Shown in pieces: positions 45,798 through 56,047 of a stretch of 64,000 bases of DNA (the first letter of the stretch is position 1; each line of letters starts with the position of its first letter). Origin of the DNA: Akkermansiaceae bacterium (lineage in GTDB: Bacteria; Verrucomicrobiota; Verrucomicrobiia; Verrucomicrobiales; Akkermansiaceae); assembly GCA_903934285.1 (NCBI GenBank), contig CAIZNN010000154.1, forward strand, positions 6,878 through 70,877. Direction: 5' to 3'. A program made the position numbers and the translations under genes. The notes beneath the pieces are model-generated. The model was given only the letters and a program-made list of their open reading frames with translations. It did no database searches and was not told the DNA's origin.

Positions 45798-46517
45798 TTA
45801 TTTTCGGTCTGCTGTGTTGCCATCGTCTGTGGTTTGATCTGATTCGATGAGTCCGTCCATGACGCGGATGACGCGTCTGGCATAGGTGGCGACGTGGTCT
45901 TCATGGGTGACCATGATGACGGAGATGCCCAGTGCGGAGTTGAGGTGGCGCAGGAGTTGCATGATGTCCCTGGTGGTTTTGGAGTCGAGGTTGCCAGTGG
46001 GTTCGTCGGCGAAGAGGGTGTCGGGATTGGTGACAATCGCCCGGGCGATGGCGACGCGTTGTTGTTGGCCGCCGGAGAGTTCGGCGGGGGTGTTGCGTTC
46101 CTTCTCGGGCATGCCGACGCTGGCCAGGGCGGCGCGGGCGAGTTGGTGGCGCTGCTTGCGCGGATAGCCGCGGTACAGCAAGGGCAGTTCGACATTTTCC
46201 AGCGCGGAGGTGCGGGCCAGCAGGTTGAAGCCCTGGAAGATGAAGCCCAAGGCGTGGCGGCGCAGCAGCGAGCGCTGGTCCTGATTGAGGGTTTCCACCC
46301 GGATGCCTTGGAAAAAATAATTGCCGGAGGTCGGGGAGTCGAGGCAGCCTAACAAATTCATCAGGGTCGATTTGCCTGAGCCGCTGGGGCCCATGACGGC
46401 GACGAACTCGCCGCGCGAGATGGTTAGGTCGATGCCGCGCAGGGCCTCGAATGCGGCATCGCCGGCCCCATAGGTTTTGGTGAGGTGGCGCAATTCGATG
46501 AGAGCTTGCGGAGGCAT
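45798..46517 (-). CDS. ABC transporter ATP-binding protein (MacB/LolD type)
   Basis: GPSGSGKST, LSGGQQQRVAIARA, FADEPTGNLDS, VTH. Confidence 0.96.
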   Translation of the reverse strand: MPPQALIELRHLTKTYGAGDAAFEALRGIDLTISRGEFVAVMGPSGSGKSTLMNLLGCLDSPTSGNYFFQGIRVETLNQDQRSLLRRHALGFIFQGFNLLARTSALENVELPLLYRGYPRKQRHQLARAALASVGMPEKERNTPAELSGGQQQRVAIARAIVTNPDTLFADEPTGNLDSKTTRDIMQLLRHLNSALGISVIMVTHEDHVATYARRVIRVMDGLIESDQTTDDGNTADRK

Positions 46518-47854
46518 CAGGTGGTGGCGGGTTTGACGCTGACGATAACCGGCATGTCGGCAGTGAGGTTGTCGCCGGAGATTTCGGTGACCCGGCCATC
46601 GGTGATGCCGGTGTGGACCAGGACTTCGACCGGAGTGCCATCCTTGAGAGCCCAGACGCGGGGGCCACTGGCGCTGGGGCTGGCTTTGGGCGGCGGGGCG
46701 TTGCCGCGCCCCCAGCGCCGGCCGCCGCCGGGCGAGAGGCTTTGGACCAGGGTGCGTTTGGTGTCATCGGGTTTGCCGATATCGGCGGCGGTGACCGGAT
46801 CGAAGCGCAGGGCGGCGTTGGGGATGAGCCAAATGTCCTTTTTGTTGGCGATGGAGATATCGACCGTGGCGGTCATGCCGGGGCGCAGCGACAGGTCCTC
46901 GTTGGCCACAGCCAGTTCGGTGCTGTAGGTCACGACGCCGCTGTTGGCGGCGGCTCCATTGTTAGGGGCGGTGGTGCTGCCTGCGGCGCCGAAGGAGACT
47001 TTTTTCACGGTGGCGGTGTAGGAGCGGGTGGGCCAGGCATCGACGCTGAAGGTGGCGGCTTGGCCGACGGCGACGCGGCCGATATCCGCCTCGGCGACGG
47101 CGACGACGAGTTCCATTTGTTTAAGATCCTCCGCGATGGTGAAGAGGGTGGGGGCAGTGAACGAGGCGGCCACGGTTTGGCCGACTTCGATGGAGCGGGA
47201 GAGCACGATGCCATCGACGGGTGAGCGGATGATGGCCTTTTCCAGATCGCGTTCGAAGGAACGCACTTCGGCCTCGGCCCCGGCGACGGCGGCCCTGGCG
47301 CTTTCGAGATCCGCCTTGGAGCGGTCGACGGTGGCGAGGGAGGTTTCCATGGTGGCCTTGGAAGGGGTCTTGCCGCCGCTGAGCAGGTGGAGTTCCTCTT
47401 GGCGGGCATAGGACGCCTCGCTTTCGCGCAGGGTGGCCTGCGCCTGGCTGACCTTGGCATTGGTGGCGAGCAAGGCGGCGCGGCTGCGTGCGGTTTGCTG
47501 GTTGAGTTTGGAGGTTTCGAGTATGGCGAGGGTTTGGCCTTTTTTCACCACATCATTGGTGTCGACCAAGACTTCCTGAGCGGTGCCCGACAGCTCGCTG
47601 CCGATGATCACCTGGTTGGTGGGGGCGAGGTTGCCGGCAGCGGTGATCACCAGTGAAATGTCCCCGCGCTTGACCGACTCGGTGACGTAATCCGGCCCCG
47701 CCGCGGTGGGGCCGTTGCGGGAGCGGTAGTAGAAAACGCCGCCGAGGATCGCGGCACCCAGGATGGTGATGAGCAGCCATTTGCGCAGCGGGCGGGAGGC
47801 GCCGCGTTGGACGATGGCAGCGAGGTTTGGAGTGGCTTCTGGAGAAGATGTCAT
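46517..47854 (-). CDS. Periplasmic adaptor subunit (MacA-like)
   Basis: N-terminal TM helix, IGSELSG, IRSPVDGIVL..GQTVAAS..PTLF, LRPGMTA and IPNAALRF. Confidence 0.92.
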   Translation of the reverse strand: MTSSPEATPNLAAIVQRGASRPLRKWLLITILGAAILGGVFYYRSRNGPTAAGPDYVTESVKRGDISLVITAAGNLAPTNQVIIGSELSGTAQEVLVDTNDVVKKGQTLAILETSKLNQQTARSRAALLATNAKVSQAQATLRESEASYARQEELHLLSGGKTPSKATMETSLATVDRSKADLESARAAVAGAEAEVRSFERDLEKAIIRSPVDGIVLSRSIEVGQTVAASFTAPTLFTIAEDLKQMELVVAVAEADIGRVAVGQAATFSVDAWPTRSYTATVKKVSFGAAGSTTAPNNGAAANSGVVTYSTELAVANEDLSLRPGMTATVDISIANKKDIWLIPNAALRFDPVTAADIGKPDDTKRTLVQSLSPGGGRRWGRGNAPPPKASPSASGPRVWALKDGTPVEVLVHTGITDGRVTEISGDNLTADMPVIVSVKPATT

Positions 47855-47876
47855 GGTTGTTAGGGTGGTGGGGGCC

Positions 47877-49280
47877 TCAGCTGGCGGACCAGCCGCCGCC
47901 GAGGGCTTGATAGAGGCGGATGTAGGCGGTGGCGCGGTCGGTGCGGGTGGCGAACAGGCTGTCTTCCAGGCCCAGCAAGGTGCGCTGGGTGTTGAGCACA
48001 TCGAGGAAGTCGATCTCGCCGGCTTGGTAGCGTAGTTGGGCGAGGGTGTCGGCCTCGCGGGCGGCGACGGTGGCTTTCTCCAAGCTGGCCAAGCGTTCGG
48101 CGCTGCGGCGGCAGGCGATGAGGGCGTCTTCGGTTTCGGCCAGCGCGGTGAGCACGGTGGCGCGATAGGCGTGGACCGCCTGTTGCTCGGCGGCGGTGAA
48201 GGCCTGGATGTTAGAGCGGATGCGTCCGGCGTCGAAGATCGGGCTGGTGATGCCGGCGAGGGCGTTGGCGCTGGTGGTTTGGGGGTTGAAGATTTTGCCG
48301 GCGCTCAAGGCGGTGAGGCCGAGCGAGCCGGAGAGGTTGAGTGAGGGGAAGCGCGCGGCATCCGCGGCACGGGTGTAGGCGGCGGCGGCCAGCACTTGAT
48401 AGCCGGCGACCCGCACGTCCGGGCGTTGGCGGAGGGTATCGGCGGGAATGCCGAGGGCGAGGCTGCGGGCGGGATTGGGGATGCCCCTGCTGTTAGATGA
48501 GAGGGCTGCATCGAGGCTGCCGGGCGGGCGGCCGGAGAGCAGGGCGAGTTGATTGCGGGTTTGGGCGGCGGTTTGCTCCAGGGCGGGGATACCGGCGCGG
48601 GCTTGTTCGAGGCTGCTGAGGGCCTGACTGGCTTCGAGGGAGTCCGCCTCGCCGGACTGTAGTCGCCAGCTGGCGAGTTGGGCGGTTTGTTCGCGGGTTT
48701 TCACGTTGCGTTGCAGCACTTCGAAGCGTGCCTCGGTGGCGCGCAGGCTGGTGTAGGCGATTGCGATTTCGGCAGCCAGCGCGGCTTGGACGGAGTGTGC
48801 GGTTTCCGCGGCGGCGCCGAGGTTGGCGGCGGCGGCGGCCACCGCGCTGCGGCGTTTGGAAAACAGATCCACCTGCCATGAGGCATCGAGGCCGGCGGAA
48901 TAGCCGGTGGTCGAGACGGTGGTTCCCGGGTCGCTGTGGAGCGAGCGGGTGCTGGTGGCAGCCGAGCCGTCGAGCGAGGGGAAAAGCGAGGCGCGCTCCG
49001 CATCGCGGCGGGCCCGTGCCTCGCGGACGCGGGCGGCGGCGACCGCGACGTCGGGGCTGGCCTTGAGGGCGTCGGTAATGACCTGGGTGAGCAGGGGGTC
49101 GTCGAAGTGGTTCCACCAGCGGGACAGATCTTGCGTTGGTGAAGCGAGCGGAAACCCGCCGGCATGCTTCCAAGTAGCGGGCAAGGCCATGGTGGGCGCG
49201 GTCTGGGGCGCGTTGAGGGAACAAGCACCCAGCCCGAGCAGAAGCAGACTTGAACAGAGCGGCAGGCGGGAACGGGACAT
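47877..49280 (-). CDS. Outer-membrane efflux lipoprotein (NodT/OprM/TolC family)
   Basis: Lipobox LGAC, WWNHFDDPLL, SWQVDLF, PADTLRQRPDVR, FDAGR and RLYQALGGGW. Confidence 0.94.
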   Translation of the reverse strand: MSRSRLPLCSSLLLLGLGACSLNAPQTAPTMALPATWKHAGGFPLASPTQDLSRWWNHFDDPLLTQVITDALKASPDVAVAAARVREARARRDAERASLFPSLDGSAATSTRSLHSDPGTTVSTTGYSAGLDASWQVDLFSKRRSAVAAAAANLGAAAETAHSVQAALAAEIAIAYTSLRATEARFEVLQRNVKTREQTAQLASWRLQSGEADSLEASQALSSLEQARAGIPALEQTAAQTRNQLALLSGRPPGSLDAALSSNSRGIPNPARSLALGIPADTLRQRPDVRVAGYQVLAAAAYTRAADAARFPSLNLSGSLGLTALSAGKIFNPQTTSANALAGITSPIFDAGRIRSNIQAFTAAEQQAVHAYRATVLTALAETEDALIACRRSAERLASLEKATVAAREADTLAQLRYQAGEIDFLDVLNTQRTLLGLEDSLFATRTDRATAYIRLYQALGGGWSAS

Positions 49281-49672
49281 GTTGAATTCGAAGGGCGCAC
49301 CAGCCATGCCGTTGGCGAACGGAATCAACCCTGCCATGGCACGCTGGAATGAGCCCATTACAACGTTGCGCAGGCCCGTGGCCTTTCAACCCGCCCGTGA
49401 TTTCCGGCGACAAGCGCCCGCCGCCGAAGATGTCGTACACGTTGAGGAGAGTGGGCCCTGGTGGCGCAATGCAAGGTGGGCACGGCCACAGCGCGGCGGC
49501 CTGAGAATGCCGGTTGGTGGCAGTGCTGGCAGTGGGCTTCAGTGTCCCGGTGGTTGATGCCGGCGGATTCGCATCGCGGAATGGCGGATTTTGATTGAGC
49601 AATGCGACGGGGTGGGCTGTGAATGGACTGGTGAGCACGCAGCAGCCCCACAATGTGTTGTCCCGGCCGGCG

Positions 49673-50293
49673 ATGGCGGGGGAGTTGGTCCCGGCGGATT
49701 ATTTCCGGCGTCTGGAGCGCGCCGAGTTGTGCCGCGACGGGCGGCCACTGGAGGTGGACCTTGGTTGTGGCGACGGGTCGTTTTTGCTGGAAATGGCGCG
49801 GGAGTTTCCGGAGCGGGATTTCATCGGGGTGGAGCGCTTGTTAGGCCGGGTGCGCAAGGTGTGCAAGAAATTGACACGCAATGATCTGGGGAATGGGCGG
49901 GTGCTGCGCTTGGAGAGTGCTTACACGGTTGAGTGGCTGCTGCCGGAGGCGAGCATTGCGCGCTTGCACTTGTTGTGTCCGGACCCGTGGCCGAAGCTGC
50001 GGCACCACCGGCGGCGGCTGGTGCAAGTGGGGTTTTTGGAGGGGGTGCGGCGGGTGTTGGTGCCGGGCGGCGAATTTTTGTTCATGACCGATCATGAGGA
50101 ATACTTCGAATGGGCGGGCGACAAGGTGGCGGAGTGTGGCGGGTTCGAGCGTTTGGAGTGGGCGGGCGAGGCGTTTTTCTATCCCAAGACGGATTTCCAG
50201 CGGCAGTGGGAAGCCGAGGGCAAGACGATGTGGCGGCTGCGCTGCCGCACGCCGCTTGCGAATTCGCCGACATCCCATTCATTGTTTCAATGA
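49673..50293 (+). CDS. trmB: tRNA (guanine-N7)-methyltransferase
   Basis: VDLGCGDGSFL, FIGVER, CPDPWPKLRHHRRRL, TDHEEY, TDFQR. Start uncertain (49595-49673). Confidence 0.92.
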   Translation: MAGELVPADYFRRLERAELCRDGRPLEVDLGCGDGSFLLEMAREFPERDFIGVERLLGRVRKVCKKLTRNDLGNGRVLRLESAYTVEWLLPEASIARLHLLCPDPWPKLRHHRRRLVQVGFLEGVRRVLVPGGEFLFMTDHEEYFEWAGDKVAECGGFERLEWAGEAFFYPKTDFQRQWEAEGKTMWRLRCRTPLANSPTSHSLFQ

Positions 50294-52549
50294 CTCGGTG
50301 CGGCGCTTGAGGCGCCGCACCGAGTGGTCCACAAATCCTTCCAGCAGCAAGTCGCCCGCCTGGTCGATGGTTAGGGTGACTGCGCCGCTTAGTGCTTGGT
50401 CGAGCACCTCAATGCCGCTGGCGCGCCAGAACGCGGCTTGTTGGGCGTTGAGCCGTTCTGCGGCTGGAAACGGCTCGTTGGAGGCGATGATCGCCAGGGG
50501 CCGCACCCGTTCGAGAAACGCGTCGCACAGGGAGAGGTCGCTTTGATGGTGGCCGGCGATAATCACATCGGCGCTGAGGTCGCGCGCGCCATCTAACATT
50601 TTAAGCTCGGTGCCCATGCCGGCGTCGCTGGTGAAGAGGATTTTCCAATTCCGCCAGTGGAGCCGATAGATGGCGACGCGGTCATCGGCCAGCGTGACCG
50701 GGTTGTGCGGGTCGGGTGCGTAGAGGATTTCGAGGCGGGCGCCATCCGGCATGGGCAAGGCGGTGGTGGTAGTGGCGGCGGCTTGGAGGGTGCGGATGCC
50801 GGCGGTGGGGGCGTGATTGAGCCATGCCTGATAGGTCGGGCTGCGCGAGCGTGCCACCGGGAGCAAGGCTTGGCGGATGGGAAAGGCGGCCCAGACTTGG
50901 GCGCCGCCGCCGAGGTGGCGGCCATCGGGATGGGTGAGCACCACCGCATCCGGGGTGACGCCGAGTTGCCGCAGGGAGGGCATCACGCGACGCTTGAAGC
51001 CGGAGCGGTCGCCACAATCGAACAACAGCGCGCCATCGGCACCTGCGGCAAAGCATGCGGCGGCGGCACCGTAGTCCAGGGCGTAAACCAGCAGGAATGG
51101 TTGGCCGTGGCCGCGGATGCTGAAATGGCCACCGGGGATGGCGGCCAGGGTGGTGGCGGTGGCGACGCAGGCGTTGGCCACCACGGCATTGGCTTGATTG
51201 AGCCAGCCGGCGGCGCGCGGCGCGATGGGATGCAGTGCGGTAGCCAGCAACGCCACTGCTAACAGCACGAACACCAGCGGCATCAGCGCCAGATTGGCCA
51301 CAATGGCAATCGGGGTGATGAGGCCGAAGTGATAGGCCGTCAGCGGGGTGGAGCCGAGCAATGCGGCGAGCGACACGGCGAGCGATTGAGCCAGGTTTCT
51401 GCGGCATTTGAGCCGGCGTTTTTGCCAGCGGGTCATGAGGGTGGTGGGCAGATAGAGTTCGGGCTGGGCGAGCCAGGCGAAGTAGCGGGAGGCCCAGCTC
51501 GTGCCGAGGGCGATGGCGGCCACCACGCCATAGGAGAGTTGGACGCCCGGCTGAAACAGCAGGTTGCCATTCCACAACAGCACGACGAACAACACCAAGC
51601 CGAGGGCGTTGAGCAAGTCCGGCCGCCGCCGGAACACAAAGGCCCCTAAAAACACCGAGGCCATCCAAGCGGAGCGCAGTGCCGGCGCGCTGTTGCCTGA
51701 AATCCAAGTGTAGCCGAAGATGAATGGCAACAACACCAGCACCGCCCAGCGGCGCGGCACCCCCGCCATCCGCAGCAGCAACCAGGCGATGCTGGCGACC
51801 ATGGCCACATGCATGCCGCTAACCGAAAAGATATGCAGGGTACCGCTGTTGCGGAACACCGCGATCAATTCATCGGCATCCGGCGGGATGTCGCCGATGA
51901 CCACTGCCCGGATGACCATGGCCGCTTGCGAATCGTCCGCCAAGCCGGCTGTCACCGCGGTGCGGAATGCCAGCCGCAGGCGGGCCCCAAACGCTGCCAG
52001 GCGGCCGGTGGTCACTTCGCTGTTGCCCGGGGCGGAGTGAAACACGGCGGCCACGCCCTGGCGGCGCAGCCAAGCGCCGTGATCGAACTCGCCTGGATTG
52101 CGTCGCACCGGCAGCGGCAGGAAATTGCCCCGTGCCCGCAGCCGGGAGCCGGCCACCGGGGTTTCGCCATGGCCTTCCCACCAGACTTTAGCACCGGTTT
52201 GGGGGCCGCTGCGGAGCCTGGCCGGCGCGACCCATGAGCCGTTGTCGCCTTTGCCATCTGCCAACGCCTGGCCATCCACCAGTCCGCCGCCGGACTCCAC
52301 CAAGGCCGTGGCGGCGTGTTCACGCTGGTGGTTGCGCCCGGCAAAAACGCCCACGCTCAGCCCGCCGCAAAGGGCCCAAGCCAAGCCGCGCCGCCAGTTG
52401 CCCAACCAGACGCCGAGCCCCCCGAACGCGCCTGCGGCCAGGAAGCCGGCGGTGAGGGACTGATTGGCCAGCACGAGGCAGCCAGCCATGGCCAGCGCTG
52501 CGGCAAACACCGGTTGGCGTGCGAAAAACGCGGTGAGTCCCGCACGCAT
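50279..52549 (-). CDS. comEC: ComEC/Rec2 competence protein
   Basis: RRNPGEFD, GTLHIFSVSGMHV, SAPALRS, GVQLSY and a C-terminal MBL-like domain (LTHPDGRHLGG, ILFTSD, IIAGHH). Confidence 0.92.
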   Translation of the reverse strand: MRAGLTAFFARQPVFAAALAMAGCLVLANQSLTAGFLAAGAFGGLGVWLGNWRRGLAWALCGGLSVGVFAGRNHQREHAATALVESGGGLVDGQALADGKGDNGSWVAPARLRSGPQTGAKVWWEGHGETPVAGSRLRARGNFLPLPVRRNPGEFDHGAWLRRQGVAAVFHSAPGNSEVTTGRLAAFGARLRLAFRTAVTAGLADDSQAAMVIRAVVIGDIPPDADELIAVFRNSGTLHIFSVSGMHVAMVASIAWLLLRMAGVPRRWAVLVLLPFIFGYTWISGNSAPALRSAWMASVFLGAFVFRRRPDLLNALGLVLFVVLLWNGNLLFQPGVQLSYGVVAAIALGTSWASRYFAWLAQPELYLPTTLMTRWQKRRLKCRRNLAQSLAVSLAALLGSTPLTAYHFGLITPIAIVANLALMPLVFVLLAVALLATALHPIAPRAAGWLNQANAVVANACVATATTLAAIPGGHFSIRGHGQPFLLVYALDYGAAAACFAAGADGALLFDCGDRSGFKRRVMPSLRQLGVTPDAVVLTHPDGRHLGGGAQVWAAFPIRQALLPVARSRSPTYQAWLNHAPTAGIRTLQAAATTTTALPMPDGARLEILYAPDPHNPVTLADDRVAIYRLHWRNWKILFTSDAGMGTELKMLDGARDLSADVIIAGHHQSDLSLCDAFLERVRPLAIIASNEPFPAAERLNAQQAAFWRASGIEVLDQALSGAVTLTIDQAGDLLLEGFVDHSVRRLKRRTESLKQ

Positions 52550-52552
52550 AGC

Positions 52553-53248
52553 TCAGGCGATGCCCCACGCACGAAGTTTGTGGCGGGCATTGGCCGAGTG
52601 CCGGGTTTCTGGAAACTCCTCGATGACCTGCTGCATAATCGAGACGGCGGTGGTCCGGTCATCGCGGTCCTCGTCATACAGTTCGGCGAGTCGGAATAAC
52701 AAATAGGCGGCATCGTTGACTTGCCATTCCTGGCTTTCCAAAGCGGTGCGCAGGGTGTGAATCGCGGCCTCGGGGTTTTCCTGATGCGTGCGTTGGATGC
52801 GTGCGATTTCCACCCAGGGCAGGCGGTTGAGTGGCTCGTTGGCTGCGGCCGCTTTGAACGCTTCGATGGCCTCGTCATATTCCCCTTGCGCCACCAGCGA
52901 GCGGGCGTCGTGCATGGCGTCTTTCTCAAGCAGTTCCCCGCTGTCATACACCAAGTGGGCAATGCGATGGGCGAGCATCGGCAAGACCAGCGTCACAAAC
53001 AAAATGCCCACCAGGCCGGCCGTCAGAAACGTCAGCAAGATGCCGCCGAAGGTTTTTTCGCCGGCCTTGCCTTCGGCCTCGCTCTTCAACTTGGCGATCT
53101 GTTGGTCGTTGTCCTCGTCGCGTTCCGGGCTTTTCTGCAGCTGCTCGATCTCGCGGCTGATGCTGTCTTGTTCATTAACCGCAGCCTTGTAGTACAGGAA
53201 GCTGCCCAGCACCAGCACGGCAAGAATGAGGTAGGAAATCCATTTCAT
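52553..53248 (-). CDS. Membrane protein with TPR domain
   Basis: Two TM segments, then ARSLVAQGEYDEAIEAF..IEEFPETRHSANARHKL. Confidence 0.8.
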   Translation of the reverse strand: MKWISYLILAVLVLGSFLYYKAAVNEQDSISREIEQLQKSPERDEDNDQQIAKLKSEAEGKAGEKTFGGILLTFLTAGLVGILFVTLVLPMLAHRIAHLVYDSGELLEKDAMHDARSLVAQGEYDEAIEAFKAAAANEPLNRLPWVEIARIQRTHQENPEAAIHTLRTALESQEWQVNDAAYLLFRLAELYDEDRDDRTTAVSIMQQVIEEFPETRHSANARHKLRAWGIA

Positions 53249-53303
53249 GGGGGCAGGAGTCTGTCACAGCGGGCGGGAGGAAAAAAGGCAAATCCGCAGA
53301 AAA

Positions 53304-53666
53304 TCACCTTCGTCGCGCATTGCGGCCCTCATCGATGAGTTTCCAAAAGTGTTTGGATTGGGCCAGCGCCTCGTCTTCCGCCATCGGCATTTTCGAGCGG
53401 AACAGGAAATCTGAAAACGTCCCTTTGTGCAACAGGCGGTGGACCACCACCGCGCCGCTTTTCACCTCGAAGTAAAACCGGTAATCCTTGGCCCGAAACC
53501 GGTACAGCACCTTGCCATCGCGGCTGATCTTGCCAAAGCGCACGCCGTCGAGGTTGTCCAGATCGGTCTCGGAAACGCGGAACGAATCGAGCAAGTCGAG
53601 TTGCTCGAGGGTATCCAAGCGGGAGATTTCCGCGGCACTGATTTCATTGAAGACGATCTGCAACAC
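53304..53666 (-). CDS. RelE/ParE-fold-like hypothetical protein
   Basis: QIVFNEISAAEI..LYRFRAKDYRFYF..VVHRLLHK resembles the RelE beta-sheet signature; no adjacent antitoxin. Confidence 0.55.
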   Translation of the reverse strand: MLQIVFNEISAAEISRLDTLEQLDLLDSFRVSETDLDNLDGVRFGKISRDGKVLYRFRAKDYRFYFEVKSGAVVVHRLLHKGTFSDFLFRSKMPMAEDEALAQSKHFWKLIDEGRNARRR

Positions 53667-53801
53667 GCCGCTAGTCTACGGGGGCGACGGGGTCCTGCAA
53701 AGCCGAAACCCCAAAATTCCGCTGCGTGCGCCGATTGTCACTGGCAGGCGCAGATTCGGATTGGAATGCGGCCGGTTTGGCTGTTGAGTGGCGCGGCGAG
53801 C

Positions 53802-54716
53802 ATGCGTTGTTTTTATTCTCAGGATTTGGAGCTTGAACTGCCCGTGGGACATCCGTTTCCGATGGACAAGTTCCGCGTGTCCAAGGACATGCTGGTGGAG
53901 GGCGGCATTCTCAAGCCCGACGAGATCATCGAGGTGCGACCGGTGGCGATGCATCACCTGTGCCGCGTCCACGCCGCCAGCTACATCGCCAAAATCGAGA
54001 GCGGTGCCTTGGACCGCAAGGAGCAGATTGTGCTCGGCTTACCCGCCTCGCCGCACTTGTTCAAGCGCAGTGCCACCGAGGTGGAGGCCACCCGGTTGGC
54101 CTGTCACGCCGCTCTGGCCGAGGGCGTCGGGGTGTGTTTGGCCGGCGGCACCCATCGCGCTTTCCACGGTCATGGTGAGAGTTTCAGTGTGTTCAACGAC
54201 GTCGCGGTGGCGATCCGCGATTTGCAGGACCAGCAGCCGAACATCAAGATCATGGTGGTGGATACCGCCGCCCACCAGGGCGACGGCACCAATGTCCTGC
54301 TGGCCGGGGATCCGCGGGTGTTCACCTACTCCATTCATGTGCCGGCAAGCTTGCTGGCGCGTGACACCCACGGCTCGTTGGATGTGGAAACCATCCGCTA
54401 CGTCGAGGGCGAGATGTATTTGAAACAATTGTTCGCAACGCTCGCTGGGGCGCTGGATGCGTTTGCGCCGGATTTGGTGATTTGGATTTCCGGAGCCGAC
54501 ACGCACCGCAATGACCGGGTGGGCCACATGCATCTAGCCCTCAAGGACATCCAGCGTCGCGATGAGGTATTGCTCGGCGCGTTGATCAGGAACCGCATTC
54601 CGGTGGCCGTGCTTTACGGCGGCGGCTACAACCGCCAGCCCGAGTTGACCGCCAAGCTGCACCGCAACACCATCGCCACGGCCAAGAAACTCGCCGCCGC
54701 GCACCGCGGTTTGTGA
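53802..54716 (+). CDS. Histone deacetylase-family protein with degenerate motifs
   Basis: HPFPMDKF, RVHAASY, AGGTHRA, SFSVFND, DTAAHQGDGT, SGADTHRND, GGGY. Confidence 0.88.
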   Translation: MRCFYSQDLELELPVGHPFPMDKFRVSKDMLVEGGILKPDEIIEVRPVAMHHLCRVHAASYIAKIESGALDRKEQIVLGLPASPHLFKRSATEVEATRLACHAALAEGVGVCLAGGTHRAFHGHGESFSVFNDVAVAIRDLQDQQPNIKIMVVDTAAHQGDGTNVLLAGDPRVFTYSIHVPASLLARDTHGSLDVETIRYVEGEMYLKQLFATLAGALDAFAPDLVIWISGADTHRNDRVGHMHLALKDIQRRDEVLLGALIRNRIPVAVLYGGGYNRQPELTAKLHRNTIATAKKLAAAHRGL

Positions 54717-54782
54717 GACCGGGGGGGAAGGTCGATAATTCTCGGGCTTGACGGTGCGCCCCGGCGCTGCGGAAACTCGGGC

Positions 54783-56003
54783 ATGGCATGGCGGATCGAG
54801 CAAGCAGTGATTCGGGGTGATATCGACAACACCGTCGAAGGCCGCACTACCGGCACCATCTGGCTGGCGGGCTGCGACGCCCCACTGCACTTGTCGCTGG
54901 ATGGCGATTGCTGGCGCGATCTGGCCGGCACCCGGCTGCACTTTGAAAACCCCGCAGCACGCCCCGGCCCGGAAACCGCCGGCTTGGCCGTGGACCAGTG
55001 CGGGGTCATCGGCGACATGACCGCGTCGCGTAAAGTCAAGCTCCCGCTGGTCAGCGACGAGCAGTTTGAGACTGGCTGCCGCGACCAACAGGAAATCCCG
55101 TTTGAGTGGCGCAACACCCTGTACCTCGAATGGTTCGACGAATTCAACGGGCGGGTGGTCATCGAGGCATCCACCTTCACCCTCACCATCTCGGCCTACG
55201 AGTGGCAACTCGACGAGGATGCCGAAGTGGCGCAGAAACTCGCCAACTTGCATGCGATGCGGGATTTCATGGCGCTGGTGATCCAACGCCGCGACGTCGA
55301 TGCGCCCGGTGCCGAGCCGGTCGGTGAACTCGATGAATTCGCTTGGGAAGAACGCCTCAAGGAAAGCGACCGGCTCACCGATGCCTATCAAGAGGTGCTC
55401 GAGAAATATGCGGATGACGACGATAGCGAGCGCAAGGAAGCCTTCGTCATGGGCTGGGATGGACTGCTCGATGCCTTGGCCGAACGCGATGAGGCCGCCG
55501 CCGTGGGGGATTTCGACGATGAGGATGACGATGACGACTCGCTGCCGGGCCATGGCTTCGACGACGACGACGACGAGGATGACTTCGAGGCCGGGTTTGG
55601 GGACAGCGGCGAGGCGGCGGGAATTGCCTTTGATGATAGTGCCAGCCACCCCCTGCAAGCCAGCGCGCAGGCCGTGGCCAGCCAGGCGATGGACTTGATC
55701 GAGAACGATGACGGCCCCGGCTCCCCCTCGTATTTGCTTGTCACCAACCTCCTCCAGGTCAGCGGTAAACTCGCCGGCGCGCTCAATGGCCACGGCAGCG
55801 GCTATCAACCCGAGGCCGGTTTCGTGCTGGCCGTGCTCAAACGTTGCCTCAATTGGCTCAACGAAGCGTTGGGCGCCTGTCAGGAATTGTATGAAGCCAC
55901 CGACGATCCTGCTAAACGCGCCGGCTTGAAAAAATTGCAGGCTGCGGCGTTCCAGATCCGCGACCAAATCGTTGGGCTCCGCCATAATTTCAGGAAAACT
56001 TAA
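54783..56003 (+). CDS. Acidic hypothetical protein (406 aa)
   Basis: Long ORF with host-like codons, beta-rich N-domain (RGDIDN..G.IWL..LDGDC.RDLAG), Asp/Glu tract and helical C-domain. Confidence 0.8.
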   Translation: MAWRIEQAVIRGDIDNTVEGRTTGTIWLAGCDAPLHLSLDGDCWRDLAGTRLHFENPAARPGPETAGLAVDQCGVIGDMTASRKVKLPLVSDEQFETGCRDQQEIPFEWRNTLYLEWFDEFNGRVVIEASTFTLTISAYEWQLDEDAEVAQKLANLHAMRDFMALVIQRRDVDAPGAEPVGELDEFAWEERLKESDRLTDAYQEVLEKYADDDDSERKEAFVMGWDGLLDALAERDEAAAVGDFDDEDDDDDSLPGHGFDDDDDEDDFEAGFGDSGEAAGIAFDDSASHPLQASAQAVASQAMDLIENDDGPGSPSYLLVTNLLQVSGKLAGALNGHGSGYQPEAGFVLAVLKRCLNWLNEALGACQELYEATDDPAKRAGLKKLQAAAFQIRDQIVGLRHNFRKT

Positions 56004-56047
56004 TCATTGCGTTGCCATGGCGATGATGCTACTTGATGCCTGCGCCC

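Noticed and set aside
49290-49640. Possible regulator pseudogene upstream of the efflux operon
   Set aside because: No frame gave a convincing HTH or receiver motif.
54534-55985. 483-aa minus-strand ORF
   Set aside because: Antisense to the acidic 406-aa gene, which has the host codon pattern and a promoter.
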